Below are positions 26,334-39,472 of a DNA stretch of 64,000 nt, piece after piece. The position numbers and the translations under genes are program-made. Origin of the DNA: Geosiphon pyriformis uo1. Lineage: Eukaryota > Fungi > Glomeromycota. Positions within the stretch are counted from its first letter, which is position 1. Each line of letters opens with the position of its first letter. The notes under the pieces were generated by a model. The model worked only from the letters and a program-made list of their open reading frames with translations, was not told the origin of the DNA and ran no database searches. The stretch lies in the NCBI GenBank assembly GCA_016748015.1, contig JAAOMT010000074.1, positions 124,001 through 188,000 of the forward strand, read 5' to 3'.

Positions 26334-28277
26334 ATAGAACCAGTAGGCTCTTCTGCTGAAGTTTCTGGCTCAGTTTCAACTGGTTTGGAGACCCACCTGA
26401 ATGTTAAGAAAAATCATTTGGATACCATTTACTCCTGTAGTGCATCCTATAAAAAAACAAAAAAGCATGTGATTGGCATCATGGTTGATTCATTTGCAGG
26501 TCTTCTGAGCTTAAAAAAGGTTGGTGATGTTGGCATTAAACCTGTGGTGTTTTGGGGCAGCAAAGTTGGTAGCATAACCAGTAGTGTAAATGATTTATCA
26601 GATGTTGAAAACATGGCAAACACAGTAGCCAAAGAGACCAGTTATACAGAATCGGGTGAGGATGATGGTATGGACAAAACTACACCAAAATAAACACACA
26701 CTTAGACATATGTACTTGGAAATTCATCAAAGCAACCTTCTTTCAATTGTATAAGTAATGATAATAGTGAGCTAGTACTTCCTCTTCAGATAGTTTTGGG
26801 ATCCAATGGGCTGCCACTGAGAGGATCACATACCATGGAAATGTGGAGCTTCAATTTGTCGAAGTCTTTCACACTTGATATTGAACTTTCAGCTGTGCTT
26901 GATAAGAATGTTGGTGATAAGTTGATCTGTGTAAAAAAAAATTTCTATTGAGTAGATGGTTTTGGAGGAGCTTCTACTTCCTTAAAATTCTCAAAGATTA
27001 TCAAATCCTTATTTACTTCTGAATCTAGCATGAATAGGGCAAGAAAATTGGCAATTTATGAGAAAATTGTGGTAAATAATGATCTCAAAAAGGTTAGCAG
27101 CCATTCAGATAAGGAAATTATTGTCAAGGAGATTCTGGTCGATCTTCCCAAATCAGCTGTAGAATCTGTTTTTTCTAAGTTTGAGAAGATTATTTCAATT
27201 AAAATACAATTGATTGGTCTGTGGCAAAAAGCATTAGTGGAGTTTGAATCATCTGAAGTAGCTGATTTGGTTGCAGCTAAATGATCTGTTTTCATGAGAA
27301 AAGATTCTGTTCATGTAGCAAAAGCTGTTGATAATAAACTATCATGGGTTTCCAGGAATCTATATCAAGCATTGCTTTATACTCTTCCAGTTGGTACAAT
27401 GGCTCATAATCTCTCTGATTTGTTGGATTCATATGGTGAGAAAACTTGTTTCATTGGCCATAATCCTAGTTTATATGTGTGTAATAGATGTATAATTGTG
27501 TGTTTTGTCGATGAGGCATCCAAATTGGCTGCTATTGGTTCTATTCTAGTGTTTAAGGGTGTAAATTTGTGCTGGGCTGGTCTTTTTTTGGCCTGTTGCA
27601 CTTAATACAAACAGTTTGGTCATATATCTACAAGATGTTTATTGGGTAAGAATTCTGGTGTTCATGGCAGATGAGTGGTAACTCTTCAGGATCAGGTTCG
27701 TTTGGCAAACATATATAAGAAGAAGCAAATGTTTATTGCTCATCCAGTTTTGTTCAGTAGGAAAACTTGAGCCCAGATGGCTAGTGTTTCTTCTTCTCAT
27801 GTGGTTTTGTCGGGTTTTTTTGGTGCTGGTCTGTCTTCAGGTGCTAAACCTGTCCTATTAGTGTCTAATTCTCTTGATAATTCCTGTTTGATTGATCATT
27901 TGGCTTCTTTGAAATGCTTTTTGGAGCTTTTAGTGGATCAGGTTTCAGATATTTTGAAAAAATTAAGTTTTGTGGAATTGGTGCCTTTGATGTCCAGTCC
28001 TCATGTGTCTCCTCTGGTTATTATTGCATCTGTTGCAGCTAATGTAAACTCGGATATGGTTCTAGATATTACACTGGAGTCTCCTCCTCCCCCTTTTTTA
28101 GTTGTTGTAGATTCAGTTGCTAATCTTAGTTCAAGTAATTCTAGAGTTTTGACCACCAAGATGGGTGGATTGGAATCTAAGATGATGGCTTTAGAGGTGT
28201 CAGTTAAATCTGTTTTGGATAGATTGGATCATTTGTGCTCTGGTTTGGAATTATCAACTCCTCTTACTCCTCAATGA
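26334..28277 (+). pseudogene. LINE copy 2 ORF1, disrupted
   Basis: Colinear with copy 1 ORF1 (IIVKEILVDLPKSAVESVFSKF, ALLYTLPVGT); many stops. Confidence 0.85.
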
Positions 28278-31200
28278 GTGACTTAGTGTGAAAACTTGCA
28301 ATTTGTAACATTCACAGTATTAATGTTTTTGCCAAGCAGGAAGATATTATCCGCTAGCATAGAGATTCTGGAAATTTGGTTTCAATAATTACTGAGACAA
28401 AGCTAAGGTCTAATAGTAGGCTTTGGATTAGGGATAAGTTTGATAGAATTAGAGTTTTTTCATCTGGATTGGACAAGAGGTTTCTTAGTGCTGGAATTGC
28501 AATCATTATTAACACTTCTCTAGCTTATTATGTTTGTAAGATTTCTGAAGTGCTTAGAAATGGAATGAGTTCAATGAGTAATCTTTGGTTGGCTCCTTTC
28601 AATCAGATTGTTGTTCAGAAATAAATGTTCTGTGTCTATTTTGGGGCTATATGTTGGCACTTCATTGGTAATTTGGTTCTTTCAGGCTAATAAAGTCAAC
28701 TCTCTCATTGCAAAGACAGTGAATAAGCTTTCCTTCATTGTATTGGGTGGTGATTTCAATGAAGACAGTGCCTGAAAGTGTGCTAGCTTCAAGAAGTGCT
28801 TTGAATTGGGTTTAGTTGATTCTCTAAGAGGAAATTCATTTGTTAAGATGCTTACATAAACCAATTCTTATGGTGTTGCTAAAGCTTTCGATTATATTCT
28901 TGCTTTTTTAAGTTTGGTCAATGCTGTAATAAATGATAGTGTGGCCAGTGTTGAGGAATATTTTAATACCAATCACAAAGCTGTTTCTACTTCTGTGAGT
29001 TTGAGTGGTTTGCTCGATATCCAGTTGAGTTCAATGTGCAAACAGGCAAATAAAAATCATTGGAAGTTTGATATTAGAAGTGTGGATAAAACAAAATAGT
29101 ATAAGTTTAAGGATGCAACTGCAGCCAATGTTGCCATGTTCTTAGATGAGTTTGGGCTGGCCAGAAGATTGTCTGATCTGGATGTTATATGGAACATTGT
29201 TCCCAAAGTGATAATTTTTTTGGCTAATAGAATGTTCAAAAAGAAATGGTTTAAGGATTATGATGAGATGTTTACCAAAGAGTCTTTCAAGTTGCATAAC
29301 TTGGAGATTTTGGTTTCAAAAATTGTTAAGGCTTCTTGCAAGGTGAACTCAGGCCAGTTTGAGTCTTTTTTAAAATGCTGGGTTTCTCTGAATAGTGTCA
29401 AAGCTTCTGTTGTTCAGAATCTTGTGAGCTCTGGAGCAAGTTTGAATCATGTCTGTTCTGCTTTCTGTGGTGTGAGAAGGTCTTATCATGCCTCTAAACT
29501 AAGTCTCTGCAAGCTGAGGAGTCGGGCATAAGATCAACTATTAAAAGAAAAATGGAGAATTTTATGGTCAACAAAGGCCACATAATTCGTAGTGTTTTGG
29601 AATATTCATTCCACAAAGTTGTGTTGGATCATTTGGTTTCTGATGGCAGTTTGATTTTGGACCCAGTAGAAGTTAAGAGTAAAGTGGATAGTATAATAGA
29701 GAGCTGGACAAGAAAGAAAGTCATGCTAATAAGTGTTTCCAATTTGTGGCAATGTCAATATCTGCTGTTAGATTATGTCAATGATAATGCTTTTTCTGGT
29801 GTGATAAATGTTATCAGTTTGGATGAATTGACGCATGTGATTAAAGATTTACTGGATAGTAAAACTGCTGGTTTGTCTGGCATTTCAAATAAACTTTGGA
29901 AATATTGCGATGGTTCTGTGCTGGACTTGCTTCTGGATCTTTTGAACATTTGTTTGGTATGTGAGTCAGTTTCTTGTTATTGGAAAGAAGCTTGGGTGTC
30001 AATAATTCCTAAGCTCTATGAGTGGAAGGGTGTCTTAACAAATATTAGACTGATTGCTTTAATTGAGACTGCTCGTAAAATTCTTTTTAAGTTGCTGTTT
30101 GACAGGATTTCATCAACATGTAGTTTATTCAACATTCTGTGTGGGAACAATTTTTCTGTGCTCAAAAGTACTACTACTCAGTCTCCTATTTTTGCCATTG
30201 ATTTAGTTGTTGAAAATGCTTTGAAGAAAGATTGTGAACTTTGGCTTGTGTTTTAAGATATGTGTAAAGCCTATAACTCTGTGGATTGGCATTACTTGTA
30301 TAATAGTTTGGTTCAGATCAAAATGTGTAGGTGTTTTATTAGATTTTTTGGTTCTGTTCACAATGACCGTGTTAATTGAGTTATGACTGATTTTGGTCTA
30401 ACTTATGAATATTGAGTACATGATAGTCTTGACTAGGGTAAGGTTTTCTCTTCTTTGTTGTGGAGGATTTTTTATGACTCTCTTTTGTGTAAGATCAAGA
30501 GACAGAAGAGTTTGTGTGGATATCATATCAATACTAAATTTGTAGCTAGAACAGGTAGGATAGAAAACCAAAGCAGTTTAATTTCATTTCTGGCTGCTGG
30601 TGCATTTGTAGATAATACTATTTGGATGAGTAGCAGTCAAGCTGCCACTTAGTATATTTTGGACACTGCAAGTGAATTTTTTAGGGTGAATGACATTTCT
30701 ATCAATAACAAAAAAACTGTGGCCATTCCTATCAATCAAAGAGTTAGTGATGCATCATTGTTAATTAGTGGTCTACTGATTTTAGTTGCTTGCAAAAAGA
30801 AGTCTTATTGGTATCTTGGCATTTATTTATCATCTAAAGATTTATCCAAACCCAGTTTAGCTAAGACATATGTAAACATCAGATTTTTTGTTAATTTGGT
30901 TCTAAAGAAGGCTATTTTGGACAAGCAGTTTTTTTATCTGGTATCAGCTATATTGCAAACCATTGTCAATTATAGGATTCAGTTCAGCTTCATTTCTAAG
31001 AATATGTGTACAAGGTGGGATACATTAATTAGAAGGGAGTTAAGACTTAAAGCTAAACTTCCAAAAAACTTTTCCAATGAGACTCTTCACTATTTGTCTT
31101 TGTATAGTTTGAAATCTTTTGAGCAGTTGCAGATTAAGTACAAGGTAGCTTCTATGTTGTGTTTTTTAAATGCTGGTGGTATTTTTGGTCATTTGTTCAA

Positions 31201-32983
31201 TCATAAGTCTCTGAATCTTTAAGTTCTGGGTTGATCACTTATTCACCCTTTATGTTGTCTGATTAAGTTGTGTGTCAGTCCAGTCAATAATTTTTTGGCA
31301 GGTGTTGTCAAGATTTTTTTGGACTGTGACATGTCTCTTAACAATCTTTCTGTTTCTGCATTCTGCTTTTCTAGTGGAACACTAATATCTACAGTTTTGG
31401 AAGCTTCTTTGTTTCATGATGTTTCTTTTTCTTTTAAGAGGTTTGGAGTTACTTTTGCTGAGCAGTTGTATACCAAAAATGGTTTGGTTTTCGATTGGAA
31501 TAGCTTTTAATATTGGAAGAAACTTAATCCAAGAGGCTCTGTCCCTTATTGGTTCACTTTGGTTCGTGATTTTTTGGTTTGATCTTTTATTTCTGATAAT
31601 TTGCATGTTGAAGATTTGCAGACTATGAATGTTTACAGCTCGGGTGTAGTCTCCAGATTGGGCCAGTGCTTCTCTTCTGCAAATATGAGAGTTGTTAGTG
31701 TTTACACTGATGGGTTGTTAAAAGATTTAGGTTTATGTGAGATGAAGTGTAATGCTGCTGCTTACTTCTCTGATCTGGGTTTAGATATTGGTGCTAAGAT
31801 TAGTGAAATGATGTCTTTGACTATGGCAGAACTGCAGGCAATTGCTTTGGCTTTGAAGTGTGTTCCCCTTAACAGTTTAGTAGTGGTTTATTCAGACAGT
31901 CAGGCCATCTTGGATGCATATGTGGCTGAATCTGCTCTGGTGTCTCCAGACTTCTGCAATCACTACTAAATAGAATAGTGTGGCATTGTTAATTTAATTA
32001 AGGGAAAGCGGCTTGATGTTTCTTAGTACAAGGTTAAAGGACATTCAGGTGTTGTGGATAATAAGCATACTGATGAGTTGGCCAATCTGGTTGCAAGTTC
32101 TTTTTTGGCACTTTCTGTGTTAGTTAAGAAAAAATTTGTTAGAGCTGGTAAGATAGTGATGTCTGGAAACATTTATTATTTTGCTTGTGAGATTTTTAGG
32201 TCCATTAATCGTGCTTATTGAAAGATTGGTCTTGGTTTTAATGTTATTAATAATGGTTTACTTGGTAATGTGGATTGGTCCTGTGCTGCCTCGGTGTAGT
32301 ACCCTGACTCTCATATAGTGACTGGCTTTACCAGTAAATCTATGGCTAATTTGCACTCTTATTTTTTGAAGGCTCTCCACCGCTATTTACTGGTTGCTGT
32401 ACAGAAGCATTTGTATAGTAAGATTTACCTAAGTGTTTCATGTCTGCACTGTGGTGAAATGAAAAGTTTCAACCACTCTTTTGTTTGTGCATTTGACTCT
32501 GGAGCTCGTAAGAACATTCTTGAGTCTTATCTGGCCAAGTGGTATTATGTGTCTGCATTGGGCTTGCCATCATTTCATATCTTATAGATGCTTTCTTTGT
32601 GTGTCTCCAATGATATGTTGTATACCACCATGAGCAAAGGCTTTGTGTTCAAAGATTGGGTTTGGGAAGCTACATACATTCTGAGTAATACCAAGGTCAT
32701 AAGAAAATTTATTGTTGGTTTTGTTTAAAAATTGGGTGCTGCTCACCACATAGATATTTGGTTGGTTAGAGCTAAATATAGAGTATTGATAGAAAAAAGC
32801 AATTTAATTCCACTTAATGGTTCTGTGTATTTTGTGACTCATGGTTTGTCTTGTTTGTTTTTAGCTGGGGTGGTTAGATTGCTTGGGATTGCTGAGGCAC
32901 TTGGTATTTGCTTTGGTTTTCATAAACATTGCTGTTTTTTTTCTGGTATAGATAGTGTGGTTTTTGTTCTGATAAACTTGTAG
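28274..32983 (+). pseudogene. LINE copy 2 ORF2 (APE-RT-RNase H-CCHC), disrupted
   Basis: ITETKL, GGDFNE, LIALIETARK, AFVDNTIW, VYTDGLL, ELQAIALAL, YSDSQA, KVKGHSG, CLHCGE; many W/Q/R-to-stop changes. Confidence 0.93.
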
Positions 32984-33119
32984 TATTGCTCTGACTGGTC
33001 CGAATGGTTGGTCACATGTAGAAAGTGCATAATTAGTGCCTAGTTTAGATCACTTAGTTTAATGTATTGTATTAGGTGGTTTTTGGGCCTTATTCATTAA
33101 ATGTTAATAAAAAAAAAAA

Positions 33120-34300
33120 TTACAATATTAAAAATAAAAATAGAATTAAAAATCACAATAAAATTTTTTGATTTTAAAAATAACCAAAAAAAAATTAATA
33201 AACTTAATTTTAACAATAATAATATTTAAAAAACTTAAAAATACAAATTTTATATAAATAAATTCAATATTATTTTTAATAAATCAATTTTATTTTAATA
33301 AAATTATGCAATAATTAAAACACAGTTTTAATATAAGTTATTTTAATTTTTATAATAATATTAAAAATAAAAATAAAAATTTTTTACTTTAAAATTTTTT
33401 TAATAATTAGTAATTATTTTTTTAAAATATTATTAAAACTAATATTATTATTAAAAAACAAAGAAAAAAAAAAGAGTTTTAGTTTTTATTTTATTAATTT
33501 AATTTTTGTAATTAGATTATTTAATAATATAATTAGTTAAAATTAAATGTAAAAACATAAATTGTTTTGTATTTATAATTTATTATATTAGACAATATAA
33601 TTAAATATTAATTTAATAAAGTTTTAATTAACATATTATTGCTATTATTTGTTAAAAAAAAACTTTTGTTTATAACCAAAATATAATAAAATATAATAAT
33701 TAATATTATCATAATAAAATTAATAAAATATTAAAAATTGTTTTGAAAAAAAATTGAATTGTTTTGATTTTTTTATTCAAGTAAAAAAGTTTAAAACTTT
33801 AAACTTGAACAATATAAAAAAAAAACTGAATAAACAAATTTAATTTTTAAATATAGTTTAAATTTCATTTTAAAACCATTTTATTATATATTTTGAAATA
33901 ATTTATAATAAATAATTTTATTTATTACATTTAGTTAAATCTTTAATGGAATTCAGATTTTGAATTTACTTTATTCATATTCCAATTAAATATGTAATAT
34001 TTTTAATGAAAGCAAGTTTGAAAATAAATATACTCTTTTTAACAAAATATATATAAAAATTCTTATATATTTTTCCAACATAATTAAGCATTTTTTATTT
34101 ATTTTTTAAATAAATAAATATGAAAAAGAATTTTTTTTTAAAAACGTTATACTTTTATTTTATACAAACACAATTAGTTATAAAAAAAAAATGCAAGCAT
34201 CTTGAAATCAACTCATTATTTGATTTTTTGAACAAAAAGTTATGTCCAGTTCTTACATAAAAATACTTATCCTTAAAATTGATAATTTTAATTTCACTAT
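33120..34300. repeat. Extremely AT-rich eroded repeat block
   Basis: Shares CACAGTTTTAATATAA..TATTTTAATTTTTATAATAAT and TTGTTTA(C/T)AACCAAAATA with 15360-15640. Confidence 0.7.
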
Positions 34301-34949
34301 TATATAATCAGAGGAATATTTAAATTTTATTAGAGATTTTAAAGTGGTCCAATACATTTACGAACCATTATATGATCTGTTGAAATATTTGAAAAAGTGG
34401 TAAAAAATACACGAAACATATATTGAAGATTTTGGAATTGAAGAAGATTAGATAAATGAAAAAGTAAAAAGTGATGAAAAGTATAAAGATTAAAACTCAT
34501 TTTCAAGAAGTAAATGGACCTTCGTTGCATTCAAAACCTTCAAGACTCGTTATTGAAGTAAAAATTTTTATAGACATTATTTCATCATACTGGACTAAAG
34601 AAAAAATGCCAAAATATGCCTTAGAAATCTAAATATGTGGATTAATAATAGAATTTGAGAAAAAACAATATTAAATACTCGAATAGTTTGCAGACCAAAA
34701 AGATCGATCAGAGTACAAATATGTCTAGAAATTCAGTTTTTTTTTTTTTTTGTCATTTAAAAAGTCCACACTCAATTCTTTTGTGATAGGCCACTATTTT
34801 AAAATTGGCAAGACAATCATTTTTGAAATTATTAAAAGGCTATCGAAGGATAAAATAATTAAAGTCCAGAATGAAAAGGAAACATTCTTTAGCAGCTTTA
34901 AAAAATTTATATTTTTATGAGCATAGTGTAAGAAACCATTAGAGATAAA

Positions 34950-36890
34950 TTAATATCGGGGATTTTTAAATCCTTTATGGTTTAATTGAAAATATACTAT
35001 GATAATCACTATTATTCTCCTATTATCATCACCAATTTGGGACCTCACAAAATCAGTCCAAAACTCATCTTTCCAATTATCACCATCCTTTTTGACCCTT
35101 CTCATTCTACCGAGAGTACATCGCAACTGACTTTGATAATCATCCCAATTCAAATACGCACCACATAACCGTCGATACCCTGTAAATCCCGTTCGACCAT
35201 GTAACACACGCCAATTATCAAACACCACCACCCTACCAGGCACCAACTGTGTCCAAAACTCGTTTGCCGAATCTTCCACAATCTCATTCCATATGCGTAA
35301 CGCCGCATAAAATGCATCCAATTCCGAGGGGGTGAGATGATTCAGGGTGGATCGATCTTCTTTATTATATCGAATTTGATACAACATACCCCGTTATGGG
35401 ATCATGATTCAAGATTGGGAAAGCGCGAGGGGTCGGATGGATACAGATATTTGGATCACCTGCACTATGGGTTGGGATGAGAGTTGTGGATAAAATTAGA
35501 TAGGCTCCTGGGTGAGAGGTTTTTAGAAGTTGGCCGAGATAGAAACCGTCTAGGAAGAGTGAGGCACCCACCTTTACCCTGGAAATCAAGTAAATGAAAC
35601 ATTTGCAGACTGAAATTATGTTTTAGACGAGAATTAAGTTTTTTTTTTTTTTAATTAATTTCTTTGTATTATTCAATTTTGGTCGATATTAACCCTGATG
35701 AATCGGTGAAATATATGTTGTCCGTATGTGCTCTAAATGATAAATTTGAATAAGTTAGATCACCATGTTCCATATTAGGAGCAACATCGTAGAATCCACC
35801 TGAAATGGTATATCATTTTGAAATCGAAAAAATACCTTGTTCATTCACTTGAATCCCATCAACAATTAAATATCAAAGTTACCATAATGTGTCTCACGTA
35901 AGAAACAAATTCTTCTTGCCAATTGCTCTTTATCTTTTGGGTAGGGGGGTACTCCATCAACAAATGAGATCCCGTATCTATCCTTTAGAATTTTCAAGTT
36001 TGCCATGAGATTCCAAGAGATGTAAGATTCAAATGTAATAAAAGAATTCAAAAGAAACAACAAAAACAACAACAACAACAACAACAACAACAATCGAAAC
36101 TTGAGCACTAAACTAATTAATTTTTGATTCCTTACAATGGTATCAAGCCATTCGGATAAACCTTCCTTACTTCGCATTACCTGGTTAAGTAAAATATTAA
36201 AAGACCCCGTGAATATCAAATCAAAGGCATGAGATTTCCAAAAAAATCACCGATATTCTCTCATAATAGTACATGATCGTATTGAACATCTATTAACGAA
36301 ATTTTTTAAGATTTTCAGCGTTCCACAATATCTTTTGGCTAATAAAAACAATTGGTTATAATAGTAATTTGTGAATTTTTTGATTCTTTGGTCAAAATTG
36401 ATTTTCTATTCTAAGCCATGAAAATTTTGAAAAAATACTTGGTTTTCTAAGAATCTAAAAGTAGTGGTGGATCGTGAGAGTGAAACCGTAACCATCCCCA
36501 TTCAAAGAAACTTGAGTGCTCATCATGGGACCCTTTTGAGAAGAATGATGAATAAATGATCATCTCAGAATCTATTCAAATAATAAATTCAAATTCACGG
36601 GATTTCCATAAAATCAGAGAATAACGCCTAAATTCTATATTCAAACCATCTACGGTCAGAGTTACAAATGAATGGTCGAATATCTGAGGGAATCTACTGA
36701 AGGTTTTAGAAAGCTATTATTTTTATACCTTATAGATCCTTGACTTCCTTGTCATGGTCAAGTAAGCAGTAAAAAAAACTATAGACAAATTAAAAATCAA
36801 TACCTGAAACGTATTAACTAATCTCTGTTTAGTGACAGGATGATAACAATTAGAGCATCGACAATGATCTCGTAACCACAATGGGTTACT
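34950..36890 (-). pseudogene. Trimethyllysine dioxygenase (TauD/BBOX family), multi-exon, frameshifted; 5' end not located
   Basis: WLRDHCRCSNCYHPVTKQRL, YGISFVDGVP, RETHYG, HTDNIYF, QIRYN, FDNWRVLHGR and RRLCGAY; frameshifts near 35390, 35568, 36300 and 36670, plus an in-frame TAG at 36449-36447. Confidence 0.85.
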
Positions 36891-38014
36891 AATTAAATAT
36901 TTCCTTTAATATTAGAGACTCTTATTTTTCTTCCAAAGAAGAAAGTGCGATGAAATTTAAAGGATCACTCGCGCGCGCACAATCGGCTTGTAATATTTTC
37001 GTCATAAATCCACTGAATCAATAGTTTATTCTCATGTTCGTTGATTAACACATTAGGAATCTTGTAGTTTGTTTCATTCGGATTTAGAATCTATAAATAG
37101 GGATATTCGGCAAAAAAGTATTAATCAAAACGATGAATATATATATATATATAATCGAACAAGAAAATTTGGATTGTGGCTTCTAAATAATTATCGAAAA
37201 TTTTATAAGATGAAGAAAGTGATTTTACCCACCTTGATGAGGTGAAAATTGAATACCCCAAAGGTTTTATTTTTATTAAATAAAACATTTTCATAAAGAT
37301 TTTTTTTTTTTGAGAGATGGTTTCCTTATCTCTGCTGATGTGTGTTACTTTGGTTAGAAGTCAAAAATATGAATCAAAAGTACCAAATAGTTTTTTTTTT
37401 TAGATTTAGGTAGATTTTCAAATAATCAAAAGAATGGAAATTTTTTTATTCTTTCGAGATCAACCCAAAAATTCCAGAAATTTCGATGAATCTTGTTCAA
37501 CCCAAAAATTTCCAGAATAATAATTCATTATGATTATTATCATAATTGTCATCAAGTTAGGCTTGCTAAAATTACGGATAATTCTTCCCACCGTATAATT
37601 TATTAATTCGAGAATGATTCATAATCATTTTTAAATGTATTACAAAATAGAAAGATAAGGATAATTTCAATTTATTAGTCATATTTCCCGTGCATGTGCA
37701 TATGGTTTAATGAATAACCCGAACCTTCACGTTTAATCAACATTTGAGATTTACCTGTTATGGACATTAATTAAGAATAATGGTTACTAATTATTGTTCA
37801 AGAACTTTCCAATTAATAAGCTTTTTAATGTACGAGTTGAAAAATGATTTTTTGAAGGTCTGCTCTCTTTGAAATGATGATAAAATTTTTATATAAATAT
37901 ATGGGTTGATTCGAACATTTTATTAAAAAAAGAAAAGAAAAGAAAAGAAAAGAAAAGAAACATCTCTTACATTTATTACACATTACTAAATCTTAAATAA
38001 AAAAATCATTAAGC

Positions 38015-38771
38015 ATGACTATCAAGGTTACCGGTTCCGCGGGTTCGACATGCACTCTTCGCGTTATTACCGTATTGTACGAATTAAATCTTCCTTATGA
38101 ATTGGAGGTTCCTAATTGGGCTGATTTAAAATCGGAAGAGTATTTGAAAACTAAGCAACCTTTGTAAGTTTGTTTTTCTTTAAATAATTTTTTATTTGAC
38201 TTTAGATAATTTATCATTTCGATAATTGTCAATTAATATATATATCACCTGATCTCTCACCTCATCTCTCTCTCATAATAATAGTGGAAGAATCCCAGTT
38301 CTTAACGATGATGGTTTCCAAATCTTTGAATCCCGAGCTATTGTTCGCTACCTAGCTCAAAAGTATCAATCTGCAGCTGGAATCACCTTAGTTCCAACAG
38401 ATTTTCACAAGCTCGGTCTCTTGGAGCAATTCCTTTCCATTGAACATAGTTATTTTGACACCGTATTTTCACCATACGTTTATGAAACCACCTTTAAAAA
38501 ATTTAAAGGGCTGGGTGAACCTGATCCAGCGAAAGTAGCCGAGTTTCAAAAAAAAGGAGATGAGGTCTTAGATGTATATGAAAAATTGTTGGAAGGAAAA
38601 GATTATTTGATTGGAGAGTATACTATTGCCGATTTAATTCATTTACCATATTTCCAGTTTGCTTTAAATAGTGGTTACAAAATTGGCGATAGGCCTAATG
38701 TTCAAAGATGGTGGAAAAATATTTCGGAAAGACCTACTTGGAAGAAAGCTTTGGCTCAAATCAAGCATTAA
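38015..38771 (+). CDS. Glutathione S-transferase (Phi-like), 2 exons (38015-38163, 38285-38771)
   Basis: STCTLRV, KQPF|GRIPVLNDDGFQIFESRAIVRYLA and YLIGEYTIADLIHLP. Confidence 0.95.
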
Positions 38772-38834
38772 TTTCAAAGATACATCAGAGAATTTTACTT
38801 TATTCAAATTTTCTTGACTTAAATTTTTGTAACA

Positions 38835-38880
<46 letters not shown>

Positions 38881-39152
38881 TATTTTGTTGTAAAAATAAA
38901 TTTTTTGTGTATTTGAATTGAAATTAAAATCGTTAGGATCAATTTTTGAATTAATATCTCATAATATGGTTTATATCAGTTAATAAAGTGATTAATTAAT
39001 TAATGAAAACATTATCGTAAAAGACTTTCGTGATTGGAAATTGTTAAGATGAATGACGTAAAAATCTCGAAAAAAAGATTTTTAAACTATAATTATTTTT
39101 AAAAATTCATCGTACAAAAATCAATAATTAAATAATTAAATAATCAAAAATC

Positions 39153-39183
<31 letters not shown>

Positions 39184-39441
39184 ATTCCAGCTTTTCAACT
39201 TTCCCACAGATATAATTAGTATAATTATTTTTATTTTTAACTTATTGATATTATTCGTTTTAATTAAACAAACCCTTTTATTTTTATTTTTTTTAAAAAA
39301 AAAAAAAAGATAAAATAGATAAAAATATTTGATTTATTACTTTAAACATGATATCAACAATTCAAATAATTTATCTTAAATTTTAATTTTAAGGCTCGTC
39401 AAATTTCTTATTCCATAATTATTTATATTGATATTATATAA

Positions 39442-39472
<31 letters not shown>

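Larger units (their letters stand above)
26209..33119 (+). mobile_element. Full-length, mutationally inactivated LINE (copy 2)
   Basis: Same 5' end as copy 1; ORF1 26334-28277 (start mutated to ATA); ORF2 28274-32983; poly(A) 33109-33119. Confidence 0.95.

Noticed and set aside
18415-32983. Dozens of short ORFs as separate genes, or stops read through by an alternative genetic code
   Set aside because: They are fragments or antisense shadows of LINE ORF1/ORF2. All three stop types occur, at former W/Q/R codons, and host genes use the standard code.
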